A stretch of 64,000 bases of DNA. Source: Isurus oxyrinchus. Lineage: Eukaryota. The position numbers and the translations under genes are program-made. The stretch spans positions 136,028,001 through 136,092,000 of the forward strand of contig JANJGN010000012.1 in NCBI GenBank assembly GCA_026770705.1, given 5' to 3'. Positions 62,767 to 64,000 of the stretch are shown here, piece by piece (positions within the stretch are counted from its first letter, which is position 1; each line of letters begins with the position of its first letter). Below the pieces are notes generated by a model. It saw only the letters and a list, made by a program, of their open reading frames with translations, did not search any database and had not been told where the DNA came from.

Positions 62767-64000
62767 ACCACCACACACAGCAAGTAGTGTATATAACATT
62801 TTTGTACCGCTGATTTGATCAAGTACCAACATCATGCCTGAAGACGGAAGTCATCAATGTCAGAAACACGGGTCTTTTTCAAGACCGGCATTGACTGTTA
62901 TATCTGCTAACATTGAAGGGTTCTTTGTAGCTAAACAAAACATCCTTGCTACATTATGTAATGAGTTGCAGTGTGATGTCCTTTGCCTGCAGGAGACACA
63001 CAGAGGAAGTGAGAACAATGGCCCAAAAATACCAGGAATGTCCCTGGTTATTGAAAGACCTCATCGACAATATGGCAGTGCTGCATTTGCTAGAGCTATG
63101 TTGTAGCTTCAGTTGTAGAAGCCACTTCTAAAAAAGAGGAGGACAACATCGAAATTCTAACTGTAGAGCTAAGCAAAGTAGTAGTGACCTCAGTGTACAA
63201 GCCACCTGGCACAGATTTCAGCTTCTCTAACCCTGTACATTAAACCACAGATCATCACTGGAGACTTTAATAGCCACAGTACCCAATGGGGGTACAAGGA
63301 GTATAACAACGATGGAGAAACAGTTGAAGAATGGATGGACGCTAACCAGCTTAGTCTCATCCACGATCCTAAATTGCCAGCCTCCATCCACAGTGCTCGC
63401 TGGAAGTGTAGTTATAACCCAGATCTTGCCATTGTCAGCAACGACATCCTGGCCCCTGCAAGAAGCTTGTCACAGATCCAATACCACAGACACAACACCG
63501 TCCTATTGGTATCCAGGTAGATGCAGCAGTGTTACCAACCGTCATACCATTCAAAAGGCGCTTCAACTTCAGGAAGACCGATTGGAATGGGTTCATTCGA
63601 GCATTTGACCGTAAGGTTAAACGCATTAAACCCCACCTGAGCACTACAACCTGTTTGCAAAAGCTGTCCAGAAAACAGCCAGATGGAAAATCTCCCGAGG
63701 TTGTAGAGCATACTACATCTCTGGTCTCACCAAGGAGAATGCTGAACTCTACTGGGAGTATGTCTCAATGTTTGAATCTGACCCCTTCTAAAAGGAAACA
63801 GTATCTACAGGTGAGAGGGTAATGTTAATTATCTCTCAAGAGTGTCAAAACACCTGAGACACCTTGATTGGGACAACAGATCTTACAAAAAACAGCAAGA
63901 AGGCATGGTCTCTCATACGCAAACTTGGAGGCGATCCCAAGAAAGCTGCCCAACATCCAAATGTGTCTGCTAACCAAGTTGCACACCAGTTGCTCCTAAA
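62715..64000 (+). mobile_element. Ingi/Vingi-like LINE 5' end (APE endonuclease), disrupted ORF, runs off the window
   Basis: ATG 62834; LTVISANIEG, DVLCLQETH, ERPHRQYGSA, IITGDFNSHSTQWGY, YNPDL, FKRRFNFRKTDW; stops and frameshifts. Clade assignment is from motif recall. Confidence 0.75.

Overview
Vertebrate genomic DNA. The repeat content suggests a cartilaginous fish (inference). The window holds the complete coding region of ITCH (NEDD4-family C2-WWx4-HECT E3 ubiquitin ligase) on the minus strand: 23 coding exons from ATG 53944 to TAA 3356, 873 aa or 866 aa depending on an alternative donor. All splice phases were checked by hand, and one intron is GC-AG. No promoter or CpG island is visible, so the TSS probably lies beyond the right edge. 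The introns are filled with decayed CR1, L2, Penelope-like and Ingi/Vingi-like LINEs, tRNA-headed SINEs, and two DNA-transposon MITEs. The most interesting layer is RNA-structural: (i) a family of short TSD-flanked insertions and Penelope termini carrying minimal type I hammerhead ribozyme motifs, including a 272-bp copy with a CpG-rich extra segment; (ii) a 52-nt HDV-like ribozyme fold at the 5' end of the Vingi-like LINE; (iii) a LINE family whose 5' UTR is the same tRNA-derived head as the local SINE. Exon coordinates are exact. TE boundaries are approximate unless TSDs or TIRs are stated. Comparisons with mammalian proteins are from memory and were not searched.
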